From Candidatus Spongiisociaceae bacterium (GTDB taxonomy: Bacteria > Actinomycetota > Acidimicrobiia > Spongiisociales > Spongiisociaceae), in the NCBI GenBank assembly GCA_965262915.1, contig OZ253564.1, forward strand, positions 96,001-160,000: a DNA stretch of 64,000 nt. Reading direction: 5' to 3'. This document shows positions 48,247 through 57,107 of this stretch, piece after piece. Under the pieces are notes generated by a model that was not told where the DNA came from, searched no databases, and saw only the letters and a list, made by a program, of their open reading frames with translations. Each line of letters opens with the position of its first letter. The first letter of the stretch is position 1. The position numbers and the translations under genes were made by a program.

Positions 48247-48272
48247 TAATGTACCCCATTTGGGGTACATTA
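48247..48272. promoter_or_regulatory. Palindromic operator upstream of dinJ
   Basis: taatgtaccccatttggggtacatta, a near-perfect palindrome. Confidence 0.7.
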
Positions 48273-48338
48273 GTAGCTATCGTAGATGCATCCCCGGACC
48301 ACTGACCACGAATCGGCATTGGTTGGAAGCGGGCTCAG

Positions 48339-48716
48339 TCAGCTGGCAACCTGGAAGATCAGGAGGGGGTTGCTCTCCGGATCGGTGAGTTCGACGTAGC
48401 GGCCCCACTGCCTCTTCACGAACCCACCTACCTCGATCCCGCGGGCGATGAGGCCGTCGCGGGTGGCGTCGAGGTCGTCCACCTGGAAGGCGGCGCGAAC
48501 CGACCCCCCTACCGACATGGGAAGCTCGGCGGGATGGACCGACCGGTCGAAGATCTCGACTCCCGGACCGCCCGCGTCCATGTAGACGAAGTCCACTCCC
48601 TCATCGTATTCAGGGCCAGCATTGATCTCGACGACTTCCAGACCCAAGTCGTCCCGGTAGAAGGCGAGCATCACCTCGACATCCTCTGCGTAGAGCGCCA
48701 CCGCTCCCAGATTCAC
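48339..48716 (-). CDS. VOC/glyoxalase family protein
   Basis: FYRDDLGL, AFQVDDLD, WGR....DPESN. Confidence 0.85.
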   Translation of the reverse strand: MNLGAVALYAEDVEVMLAFYRDDLGLEVVEINAGPEYDEGVDFVYMDAGGPGVEIFDRSVHPAELPMSVGGSVRAAFQVDDLDATRDGLIARGIEVGGFVKRQWGRYVELTDPESNPLLIFQVAS

Positions 48717-48747
48717 ATCGCCTCCTTCACAAGAAACATCGCCCGGT

Positions 48748-49800
48748 CTATACCGCGAATATCCGTCGAGGGTTCTTCACCAGCATGTCGTCGATCTGAT
48801 CCTCGGTCACCCCCAGCTCGCGCAACTGGGGCACGATCTCCTTGAGGATGTAGGCGTAGCCCTTGCCGCCGTACTCCACGAAGTGGATCTTGAGGCAGTT
48901 GTCGTGGGCGAGCATGAGTTGGTTGCTGTAACCGTCCGCGCACATCCGGGCCAGGGTCTCCACCCGTTCCCGGTCCGAGATCCAGTGGTCGCCATCGAAG
49001 AGCAGGTGCGAGTCGTTCCACGGGGTCCCCCGGAACAGGTCGTAGTCGATCGACACGCCCCGGTCCATTACCGACTCGTGGTACTCGTAATCGGGGCAAC
49101 TGCCATCCATGTGGCTCATGTACACCTTCTCGAGGTTGGCGCCTTCCTCCTCAAGGATGTCGATGTAACGGTGGGCCTCCTTCTTGAACACCATCGGATG
49201 CACGGTGAGGGGAACCCCGGTGGCCGCTTGGGCCCGGCCCCCGGCCCTGAGGACCTTTTCCTCCTGCGGGTGCAGCGGCTCGCACATGCCCAACTCGCCG
49301 ATCACGCCGGCCCGTATGTCGGTCCCCTGGATGCCCACCTCGATGTCGCTTATAAGGATCTCGGCCAGTTCGCCGACCGATGCCGTAGCGTGACCGGGAG
49401 GATGGGACGGGGCGATGTACCACCCGGTTGAGGCGACCACGTTGAGCCCGGTTGCCCGGCTCGCCTCCGCCAGGGCATCCGGCCACCAGCCCGGGATGCG
49501 GCCACTGACATCGATGATGCTCTGCCCACCGGCGTCGGCATAAATCTGCAGCTCGCGTATCGCCACGTCGAGCTCGGTCATGTTCAGGTTGTCCCTGGAG
49601 ATGTAGGGCCGCTCGGCCAGTATCTCGTACGCCTCGCGGGTCACGGGCGCCTCGGCCAGGGCCCTAATCTCGGGAGGCTCGTCAGGACCGGGAGGATCCC
49701 AGAACAGGTCGCCGCTGTCGATGATGATGTGCTCGTGGCTGAGAGTGACCCCCAGGTCCTCGGGCGGGATCTCCCCCAGAACGGTACGGACCATTGCCAT
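48748..49800 (-). CDS. Phosphotriesterase-family metallohydrolase, copy 3
   Basis: TLSHEHI, STGWY, GVIGELG, LTVH, SHMD, AHD; start MAMVRTVLG. Confidence 0.9.
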   Translation of the reverse strand: MAMVRTVLGEIPPEDLGVTLSHEHIIIDSGDLFWDPPGPDEPPEIRALAEAPVTREAYEILAERPYISRDNLNMTELDVAIRELQIYADAGGQSIIDVSGRIPGWWPDALAEASRATGLNVVASTGWYIAPSHPPGHATASVGELAEILISDIEVGIQGTDIRAGVIGELGMCEPLHPQEEKVLRAGGRAQAATGVPLTVHPMVFKKEAHRYIDILEEEGANLEKVYMSHMDGSCPDYEYHESVMDRGVSIDYDLFRGTPWNDSHLLFDGDHWISDRERVETLARMCADGYSNQLMLAHDNCLKIHFVEYGGKGYAYILKEIVPQLRELGVTEDQIDDMLVKNPRRIFAV

Positions 49801-49828
49801 CTTGCCTCCTCTGGAGTCTAGGACCGGA

Positions 49829-50605
49829 TCAGAACTGCGCCCCTGCCCGGTGAAGCGCGTCGATAAGCTCGGCGCGCTGATCCTGGAAGGCGGTGCTGGT
49901 GCGGAGCGACACGCCCCTCGGGTGGGGGAACGGGACATCCGTCTGGTGGAACAGCCGGCCGGGTTCGGTGGACATCACGAAGACCCGCTCGCTCATGTAC
50001 AGGGCTTCCTCCACGTCGTGGGTGACGAACAGCACCGTGGCGCGCGAGTCCTCCCAGATGCGTAGGAACTCGGCTTGGAGACGGGTCTTGGTCATGGCGT
50101 CAAGCGAGGCGAACGGCTCGTCCATCAGCAGGACGTCGGGTTCGGCGGCCAGAGCCCTGGCCACGTCCACCCGCTTGCGCATCCCTCCGGACAGCTGGTA
50201 GGGATAGGCGTCCTCTCTCCCGGTTAGCCCGACCAGGTCGACGAAACTCTGGGCCTTGGCGCGCCGCTCCGTCTTCTCGACTCCCTTGACCCTCAGGCCA
50301 TACTCCACGTTTTGGGCCACCGTGTACCAGGGGAACACCGCATCGTCCTGGAACACCATGCTCCGGTCTGGGCCGGGAGCGGTCACCGGTATGCCGTCCC
50401 GGCTGATGGTGCCGCTGGTGGGGGCCAGCAGCCCGGCCACCAGGTTGAGCAGGGTCGACTTGCCGCATCCGCTCGGGCCGAGCAGCGACACGAAGTCGCC
50501 CTCAGCCATCTGGAAGGAAATGTTGTCGAGAACGTGCAGGTCGTCGAAGTAGATGGACAGATCCTGTATGTCCAGCTTGGCCATGCCGTTGATACTTGCG
50601 TCCAT
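49829..50605 (-). CDS. TauB/SsuB-type ABC ATP-binding protein
   Basis: GPSGCGKS, LSGGMRKR, LMDEPF, VTHD. Confidence 0.92.
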   Translation of the reverse strand: MDASINGMAKLDIQDLSIYFDDLHVLDNISFQMAEGDFVSLLGPSGCGKSTLLNLVAGLLAPTSGTISRDGIPVTAPGPDRSMVFQDDAVFPWYTVAQNVEYGLRVKGVEKTERRAKAQSFVDLVGLTGREDAYPYQLSGGMRKRVDVARALAAEPDVLLMDEPFASLDAMTKTRLQAEFLRIWEDSRATVLFVTHDVEEALYMSERVFVMSTEPGRLFHQTDVPFPHPRGVSLRTSTAFQDQRAELIDALHRAGAQF

Positions 50606-50681
50606 CGTCACCCTTCTCCTCCGGTAAGCAGGCAACCTACCGCCGTCAGGGTGGTCAGCGCAACAGGTGGCATGCTCATTC

Positions 50682-53600
50682 CTATCCTTCTCCCCTCATC
50701 TCCCGGCGGGTGGAGGCCGTAGCATCGGCGTCCACGGCGAGATCGTCGTAGAGGATCACGCCGTAGCGGCGCCGGGCCGCCTCGCGTCCTACCTTGCCAT
50801 TCCTCACGTCGTCGGCGACCCTATCCGGGGACCGTTCCAACGGGTCGCCCCAGCCGCCGCCGCCCGCCTGGACGTGATGGTACCGCTCGCCGACGGCCAG
50901 ACCGTCGCTGAACATGGGCGGGAGGGCCTCCTCGTCGCCGGACAGCCGGAAGACGGTGTTGCTGGAGAACCCGCCCGGCGCGCCGCCCGTCAGGCCGAAG
51001 GGCGGGTGCCGCTGGCGGTCGGAACGGATCAGCAGGGAGGTGGGTACCAGCGGCCGCCACGACTTCTCGAGGCCCAGGCCACCGCGGTGGAGACCCGCGC
51101 CTCCGCTGTCGGGAACCAGACCGTAGCGTTCGATGATGATCGGGAACTCGGCCTCGGCCACCTCGATGGGCACGTTGGCAGCCGTGGCGATGGGGTTGCT
51201 GAGCCCGTCGTTGCCGTCGTTCTCGGGGGTGGCCCCCCAGGTACCCACCAGCAACTCGAAGTAGACGAACGGCTCGCCGTCCTCGTGGTGGCCCCCGAGG
51301 ATCACCACCGTGTTGCCTCCCTCCCCGGCGGCGGGAACCCGGTCGGGAACCAGTTGGGCCAGAGCCCCGTTGATGGCGTCGAAGGCCCGGAACCCGGTGA
51401 CGCCTCTCATCGAGTTGGCGCCCGGATAGACCGCGTGGGTGACGGTCCCCGGCCTGGTCACGATCCGGACCGGGCGGAAAGCCCCCGCGGTGTTGGGGAA
51501 CTCCGAGGCGGCCGCCGACATGACGCAGTGGTAGGCGGTTGCCATGATGAACGAGCGGGTGGCGTTGAGCGAGCCCGCCACCATGGGGTCCGAGTCCGAG
51601 AGGTCAACCTCCACCTCGTCCCCGTCGATGGTCACCGTCACCCTGATGGCCACGTCGCGGCTCTCGATGCCGTCGGAGTCCATGTGGTCGGTGAAGCTGG
51701 CGGTCCCGTCCGGCCAGGTGGAGATCTCCCGGCGCATCAGGACCTCGGTGTAGTCGATGAGCCCGTCCATGAGCTCGGCCAGCCGCTCCATCCCGTATCG
51801 CTCGGCCATGGCCTGGAGTGCCCGCTCGCCTACCGAGCAGGCCGCCACCTGGGCCCCGAGATCCCCGAACAGCATGTGGGGAACCCGCACGTTGGCCCTG
51901 ATCAGCGCGTGCACCTCCTCCACCGGACGGCCCTCCCGGTAGAGGTGCATCCACGGGATGCGGAGGCCGTCCTGGAATACCTCGGTATTGTCCGTGGCGG
52001 AACTCCCCAGGAGCCGCCCACCGATGTCGCCGTGGTGGGCGGTGGCCACGCCGTAGCCGATGAGCGTGTCCTGGAAGTAGACCGGCTTGATGACGAAGAT
52101 GTCCGGCAGGTGCATGCCACCGTCGAAGGGGTCATTCATTATGAAGACGTCGCCCGGTTGCATCCGGTCGCGGAAGCGGGCCAGGAGGGCGTCCACGGCG
52201 GTGGGTACCGCTCCGAGGTGGAAGGGGATGGTCACCGCCTGGGCCACGGTCTGGGCGTCAGGGCCGAGCAGAGCGGCCGAGAAGTCCATGGCGTCGCGTA
52301 CCACGGTCGAGTGGGCGGTCCTGAAGATCGTGGTCGCCATCTCGTCCGCCGCCGAGGCCAGGGCGTTCGCCAGTATCTGGCGGGTCACCACATCGGTGTG
52401 TTCGACCGCGGCCCTGCCGTTCCCCTGGCGGGTCAGGAAGAGGGCGCCCGAGCCGTGGCGGCGTGCGATCCAGCCCGGAGGTATGACGATCGTGGTGTCG
52501 TACTCGTCGATGAGCAGCGGCCCCGCGACTCCGTTCGGACCGACATCGGTCCTCCGCCTCAGAACGGGGGTATCCAGATACCCGTCAGCCAGGGTGAAGA
52601 GGACGGCACGCGAGCCGTCGGCGAGCACGCTCTCCGCGCCACGGTCCGCCATATCCTCGCCCTGCGAAACCCGGGTGGTGCGGGGCCGGGGTCCGAAGGC
52701 GGCGAGACGGACCGCCCGGACCTGGATCGGATCTTCGGGATCCTTGCGAACGCCGTAGATCTGCTCGTGGCGGTCCTCGAATGCCGTGACCAGATCCGCC
52801 AGCGCGGCGCAGGTCATCTCCGTCCCGGGAACGGTCACCTCGATGTCAAAGCTCTGGCCCTTGTAGCGCACATCGGCGGACCGGACCCACTCGGTCACCC
52901 CGCCGGAGATGCTCGATTGCAGTTCCGCCTCCAACTCGTCGAGGAGGCGGGACATGGTGGTGACGACCGCAGGATCGCGGGCATCCAGCTCGCAGAACCG
53001 CACATCGTGGTATTCGGGCCGGGCGTAGAGGAGTCCGGCTGCCGAGAACACCCCGGCATTGGGGGGAACCACCACCGTGTCGATTCCCAACTCGGTCGCC
53101 AGGCTGGCCGCGTGCATGGGACCGGCTCCCCCGAACGCGATCAGCGCGAAGTCCCTCGGGTCCCGGCCCCGCTCCGACGAAACGGCTCGCAGTGCCCTCA
53201 TCATCCGGGCATTGGCCAGATCGTGGACGGCCCGGGCGGCCTCGTCCACCGGGATGTCGAGCGGAGCCGCAACCGATTCCATGGCCCCGCGGGCCAGACC
53301 GGGCGATATCGAGACTGCGTCCCCGGCGAGCGGTCCGGACCTCACGTAGCCGAGCACCACGTTGGCATCGGTGACCGTAGGGACGTCGCCCCCGAGGCCG
53401 TAGCAGGCGGGTCCCGGAACGGCGCCGGCGCTGCGCGGGCCGACCTGGAGACCTCCGGCCGTGTCGACCCAGGCGATGCTCCCGCCGCCGGCGCCCACCT
53501 CAGCGATGTCGATGCTCGGTACCCGCAGCAGCTCCCCGGAGCCTCGCAGCAGTCTGGAACCCACCGACAGGTCGGCGCCCACCTCGTACTCCCTGCTCAG

Positions 53601-54560
53601 GGTCACTTTTCCTTCTTCGATCAGCGACGCCTTGGCGGTGGTTCCACCCATGTCGAACGAGATAGCGTTGTCGATCCCGAGTTCCCGGGCCAGCCCCTGG
53701 GTGGCCACCACCCCGGCCGCCGGACCGGACTCGAGTGCGTACACGGGCCGGCGGGCCGCGTCGGCCGCGGTCATGGCACCACCCGAGGACTGCATGATCA
53801 GGACGGGTGAGTCGACCCCGATCCCTTCCAGACCTTCGACCAGATCCCGCACGTAGGAGCCCATGATCGGGATCACGTAGGCATTGAGAGCGGTGGTGGC
53901 GGAGCGCTCGTACTCGTTCTGCTCCCGCAACACCCCGCTGGAAATCACCACATGGACTCCCGGAAGCTCGCGCCGCAGGATCCGCGCCACCTGTTCCTCG
54001 TGGGCCGGGTACTTGTGGGCGTGCAGCAGGCAGACCGCCACCGCCTCGACCTGTTCCTCCCGCAACCGGGCGGCCACCTCCATCACCTCGGCGTCGTCCA
54101 CCGAGCGGTGGACCGTCCCGTCTGCCAGCATCCGCTCGCCGATCTCGAAGCGAAGACGACGCTCGACTATCGGTGGGGGCTTGCACCAGAACGGGTTGTA
54201 GAGGTGGGGCATCCTGACCCGCCGGAGTTCCAGCACGTCACGGAAACCCTCCGTGGTGACCATCGCCAGGTGGGCGCCCCGCCGCTCGAGGATGGCGTTG
54301 GTCGCCACAGTGGTCCCGTGTACGACCTCCAGTACCGGGCGAAGGAAAGATCCCTGAGCGTCCCCCAGCAACGCGTCGATGGCGACCGTCACCGCCTTGT
54401 CGTACGAAGGCGGGGTTGACAGGACCTTGCGGGTGGTGGTGCGGCCGTCGGGTCCCTCGACGATCACATCGGTAAACGTGCCGCCTACATCTGCGCCTAC
54501 CCGGCTACCCACGCCGGAGCCACCCCTCTTGGAGGGATGCGGTGTTTGCGCCACGCTCAT
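50682..54560 (-). CDS. Fused hydantoinase A/B (5-oxoprolinase-type ATP-dependent lactamase)
   Basis: DVGGTFTD, HGTTVATN, ESGPAAG, DMGGT; B part DFSAAL, NDPFDGGMHLPD, HHGDIGG, GGGGWGDP. Confidence 0.93.
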   Translation of the reverse strand: MSVAQTPHPSKRGGSGVGSRVGADVGGTFTDVIVEGPDGRTTTRKVLSTPPSYDKAVTVAIDALLGDAQGSFLRPVLEVVHGTTVATNAILERRGAHLAMVTTEGFRDVLELRRVRMPHLYNPFWCKPPPIVERRLRFEIGERMLADGTVHRSVDDAEVMEVAARLREEQVEAVAVCLLHAHKYPAHEEQVARILRRELPGVHVVISSGVLREQNEYERSATTALNAYVIPIMGSYVRDLVEGLEGIGVDSPVLIMQSSGGAMTAADAARRPVYALESGPAAGVVATQGLARELGIDNAISFDMGGTTAKASLIEEGKVTLSREYEVGADLSVGSRLLRGSGELLRVPSIDIAEVGAGGGSIAWVDTAGGLQVGPRSAGAVPGPACYGLGGDVPTVTDANVVLGYVRSGPLAGDAVSISPGLARGAMESVAAPLDIPVDEAARAVHDLANARMMRALRAVSSERGRDPRDFALIAFGGAGPMHAASLATELGIDTVVVPPNAGVFSAAGLLYARPEYHDVRFCELDARDPAVVTTMSRLLDELEAELQSSISGGVTEWVRSADVRYKGQSFDIEVTVPGTEMTCAALADLVTAFEDRHEQIYGVRKDPEDPIQVRAVRLAAFGPRPRTTRVSQGEDMADRGAESVLADGSRAVLFTLADGYLDTPVLRRRTDVGPNGVAGPLLIDEYDTTIVIPPGWIARRHGSGALFLTRQGNGRAAVEHTDVVTRQILANALASAADEMATTIFRTAHSTVVRDAMDFSAALLGPDAQTVAQAVTIPFHLGAVPTAVDALLARFRDRMQPGDVFIMNDPFDGGMHLPDIFVIKPVYFQDTLIGYGVATAHHGDIGGRLLGSSATDNTEVFQDGLRIPWMHLYREGRPVEEVHALIRANVRVPHMLFGDLGAQVAACSVGERALQAMAERYGMERLAELMDGLIDYTEVLMRREISTWPDGTASFTDHMDSDGIESRDVAIRVTVTIDGDEVEVDLSDSDPMVAGSLNATRSFIMATAYHCVMSAAASEFPNTAGAFRPVRIVTRPGTVTHAVYPGANSMRGVTGFRAFDAINGALAQLVPDRVPAAGEGGNTVVILGGHHEDGEPFVYFELLVGTWGATPENDGNDGLSNPIATAANVPIEVAEAEFPIIIERYGLVPDSGGAGLHRGGLGLEKSWRPLVPTSLLIRSDRQRHPPFGLTGGAPGGFSSNTVFRLSGDEEALPPMFSDGLAVGERYHHVQAGGGGWGDPLERSPDRVADDVRNGKVGREAARRRYGVILYDDLAVDADATASTRREMRGEG

Positions 54561-55456
54561 CGAGAGCCGAGCATCTCACCGACCATGCTGACCGAGGCGG
54601 CGGCTCTCGGGCTCCAGCGGGTGAAACGCTTGGCGGCGGCGCGTAAGAGGAAGTCGCTCAGCATCGCCAGCGCGGCGAAGATGAAGACGATCACGAGTAT
54701 CCCTGCGTTGTCCAGATACCGGCTCCTGCCGATCATCAGCCATCCCAGACCGACGCCGGCTCCCATGAACTCGGCCGCCACCACAAGACCCCAGGACACC
54801 ACCACCGCCAAGCGGAAACCGGCCATCATGTGGGGCAGGATGGCCGGGACCACCACTGTGCGGTAGATGTGGAAACGCGAGGCTCCGGCGGTCAGGGCGG
54901 CTCTGACGTAGATGTGGGGTACGTTGCGGACGGCCTCGGTGACCTGGATGGTGAGGATCAGGAATACCCCGAAAGCGATCAGGGCGACCCCCGTTGACGG
55001 ATCGGAGCCGAACCACAGCAGGAACAGCGGGAGGAGTGCCAGCAGGGGCGTGGGACGGATTGCGTCCAGGCTGAACTCCAGCAGGTCGCGCATCAACCGG
55101 CTGTATCCGAAGGCAAGACCGATCACCAGACCCGGAGGGGTACCGATCGCCAACCCGAGCAGGACCATGCGGGTGCTGACCCAGGTCGCCTCGTACACGC
55201 CGTCGGCGAAGGGAACCCGCTTACCGGCCAGGTAGTGGAACCCGGTACTGAATACTTCGACCAACCTCTGCGGTGGCGGCAGGTAAGCGGAACCTATCCA
55301 CCCGGCATTGGTGACCACCCACCAGATGACCAGCACTCCGAGGGGGACCAGCAGGGCCCGGACGATAGAACGGAAACGGGTACCACCGAGAACCTTCTGG
55401 TCCCCGATCCGAACCCCTGGGCGGGCCACTGTCGTGCGCCGACGTCTCAGTCTCAT
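54557..55456 (-). CDS. TauC/SsuC-type ABC permease
   Basis: LPPP, RPTPLLALLPLFLLWFG, RAALTAGA, VAAEF. Confidence 0.9.
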   Translation of the reverse strand: MRLRRRRTTVARPGVRIGDQKVLGGTRFRSIVRALLVPLGVLVIWWVVTNAGWIGSAYLPPPQRLVEVFSTGFHYLAGKRVPFADGVYEATWVSTRMVLLGLAIGTPPGLVIGLAFGYSRLMRDLLEFSLDAIRPTPLLALLPLFLLWFGSDPSTGVALIAFGVFLILTIQVTEAVRNVPHIYVRAALTAGASRFHIYRTVVVPAILPHMMAGFRLAVVVSWGLVVAAEFMGAGVGLGWLMIGRSRYLDNAGILVIVFIFAALAMLSDFLLRAAAKRFTRWSPRAAASVSMVGEMLGSR

Positions 55457-55463
55457 CCGTCGC

Positions 55464-56336
55464 TCACCTCGTCCCTAGGACTTCCGCGACAAGACCGCCG
55501 GTGTTGGCCCGCTGCGCCCATCTGATGGTTCGCTTGATCACGGCCCTCAACAGGAAGTCCGAACTGATCGCCAGCAACGCGAAGAGGATCACCATGGCGA
55601 TGATGCGGGCGGAGTCGAGGTTGACCAGTCCGGCCAGCATCAGATAGCCCAGGCCTTGTACGGATCCCATGAACTCGGCCGCTACGTCCAAGCCCCACGC
55701 AGCCATCACGGCCAACCGCAGGCCCGCCAGTATGTGGGGGATGATCGACGGGACCACCACAGTCCGGTAGATGTGAAACCTCGACGCGCCCGCCGTCAGA
55801 GCGGCCTGTACATGGATGTGCAGGACGTTGCGGACCGCCTCGGTGGTCTGGATGGTGAGGGTCAGCATCACGCCCAGGGTCACCAGGGCGATCTGGGGCC
55901 GCATCCCTATGCCGAACCAGAGCAGGAACAGGGGGATCAGGGCGAAGATGGGAACCACGCGCAGGCCATCGAAGGAGAACTCCAACAGATCTCTGGCCCA
56001 TCGGCTGTACCCGAACACCAGACCGAAGCCGAGACCCGCCAATCCACCGACGACGATGCCGGTCACCACCATCTGCAAGGTGATCCAGAAGGCCGCGGGA
56101 ATCAGGTCCGCGATCGCCCACCAAACAGAGAAGAGCTTCTGCGGTGTCGGAAGCAGGATGGGCTTGACCAGACCGAGGTTGGTGATGGCGGTCCAGATCA
56201 CCAACGCCAGGACGGGGAGCAAGAGCGCCCGCACGACCCGGCTGGAGCGCCCGGGCCTTCGTATCCAGGCGAGGGCTCGATCCGGCAGGCCTCCGCGGAG
56301 CGATCGTGCAACTCGGCTCTCGTCCGGTCCGACCAT
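55464..56336 (-). CDS. TauC/SsuC-type ABC permease
   Basis: LPTP, PIFALIPLFLLWFG, QAALTAGA, VAAEF. Confidence 0.9.
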   Translation of the reverse strand: MVGPDESRVARSLRGGLPDRALAWIRRPGRSSRVVRALLLPVLALVIWTAITNLGLVKPILLPTPQKLFSVWWAIADLIPAAFWITLQMVVTGIVVGGLAGLGFGLVFGYSRWARDLLEFSFDGLRVVPIFALIPLFLLWFGIGMRPQIALVTLGVMLTLTIQTTEAVRNVLHIHVQAALTAGASRFHIYRTVVVPSIIPHILAGLRLAVMAAWGLDVAAEFMGSVQGLGYLMLAGLVNLDSARIIAMVILFALLAISSDFLLRAVIKRTIRWAQRANTGGLVAEVLGTR

Positions 56337-56508
56337 TCCGTATCCCTCACCTTGATGTTCCGGCCTGCCCCGCCCCGTGCCGGGGTGGTCGCAGGATACA
56401 CGCCGCGCGCTGGGCGACAGGCGACAGGCGACAGGCAGAACCCGACTGGGCCCGCGTCGCCTCCATCCCTGGCTTACAATGGGCTCAGGCCGTCAAGGAG
56501 GGTGAGCA

Positions 56509-57030
56509 TTGCGGTTTCGAGCCTTACCGGTGTGCTTCGCGGCCGCGGCTCTTCTCTTCGCAGCGTGCGGTGGGGACGGGGACGGCGGTGGAGACGGTGG
56601 CGGTGGCGCGACCGAATCGGAGACCACCGTCTCGACCATCGGACAGTTCGCGGACCGGGCCGACCTGCCCACAGTGGTGTACGACGGGGACACCTGCACC
56701 TACATTGGTCCGGAGACCGTCGATCCCGGGCCGGTACGTATGACGCTGGACAACCGGAGCGGCACCCGGGCGCGCATCGACATCCTTCGCTTCCCGGACG
56801 ACAAGACGTTCGATGATCTGGTGGCCTATGTCGAGAGCGGTCAGGCGGCGGCCAACCAGGACTCCCCGGATTGGGTCGACCAGACCAGGAAGATACGCGC
56901 TCCGGCCAACCAGGTCATGGGCGCCAACCGCACCCTGTTCGACAACACCTACGGTATCCTCTGCTACATAGGGGAAGCGGAACCCTTTGAGGTTCAAGCG
57001 GTAGCCAGCTTCGAGGTAAGCGGGGCCTAA
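56509..57030 (+). CDS. Hypothetical lipoprotein
   Basis: RBS aaggagg, lipobox AAC, Gly-rich linker, coding-like codon usage. Confidence 0.7.
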   Translation: MRFRALPVCFAAAALLFAACGGDGDGGGDGGGGATESETTVSTIGQFADRADLPTVVYDGDTCTYIGPETVDPGPVRMTLDNRSGTRARIDILRFPDDKTFDDLVAYVESGQAAANQDSPDWVDQTRKIRAPANQVMGANRTLFDNTYGILCYIGEAEPFEVQAVASFEVSGA

Positions 57031-57107
57031 TTGCTAGTCGGGAGTCACTAGTTAATAGTCGATATTAATAGTAGTTAGCAGCGTCGTAGTTTACGACTAC
57101 CGACTAC

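Noticed and set aside
50667-53810. 1047-aa plus-strand ORF
   Set aside because: Antisense shadow of the hydantoinase/oxoprolinase gene; no motifs; expected in high-GC DNA.
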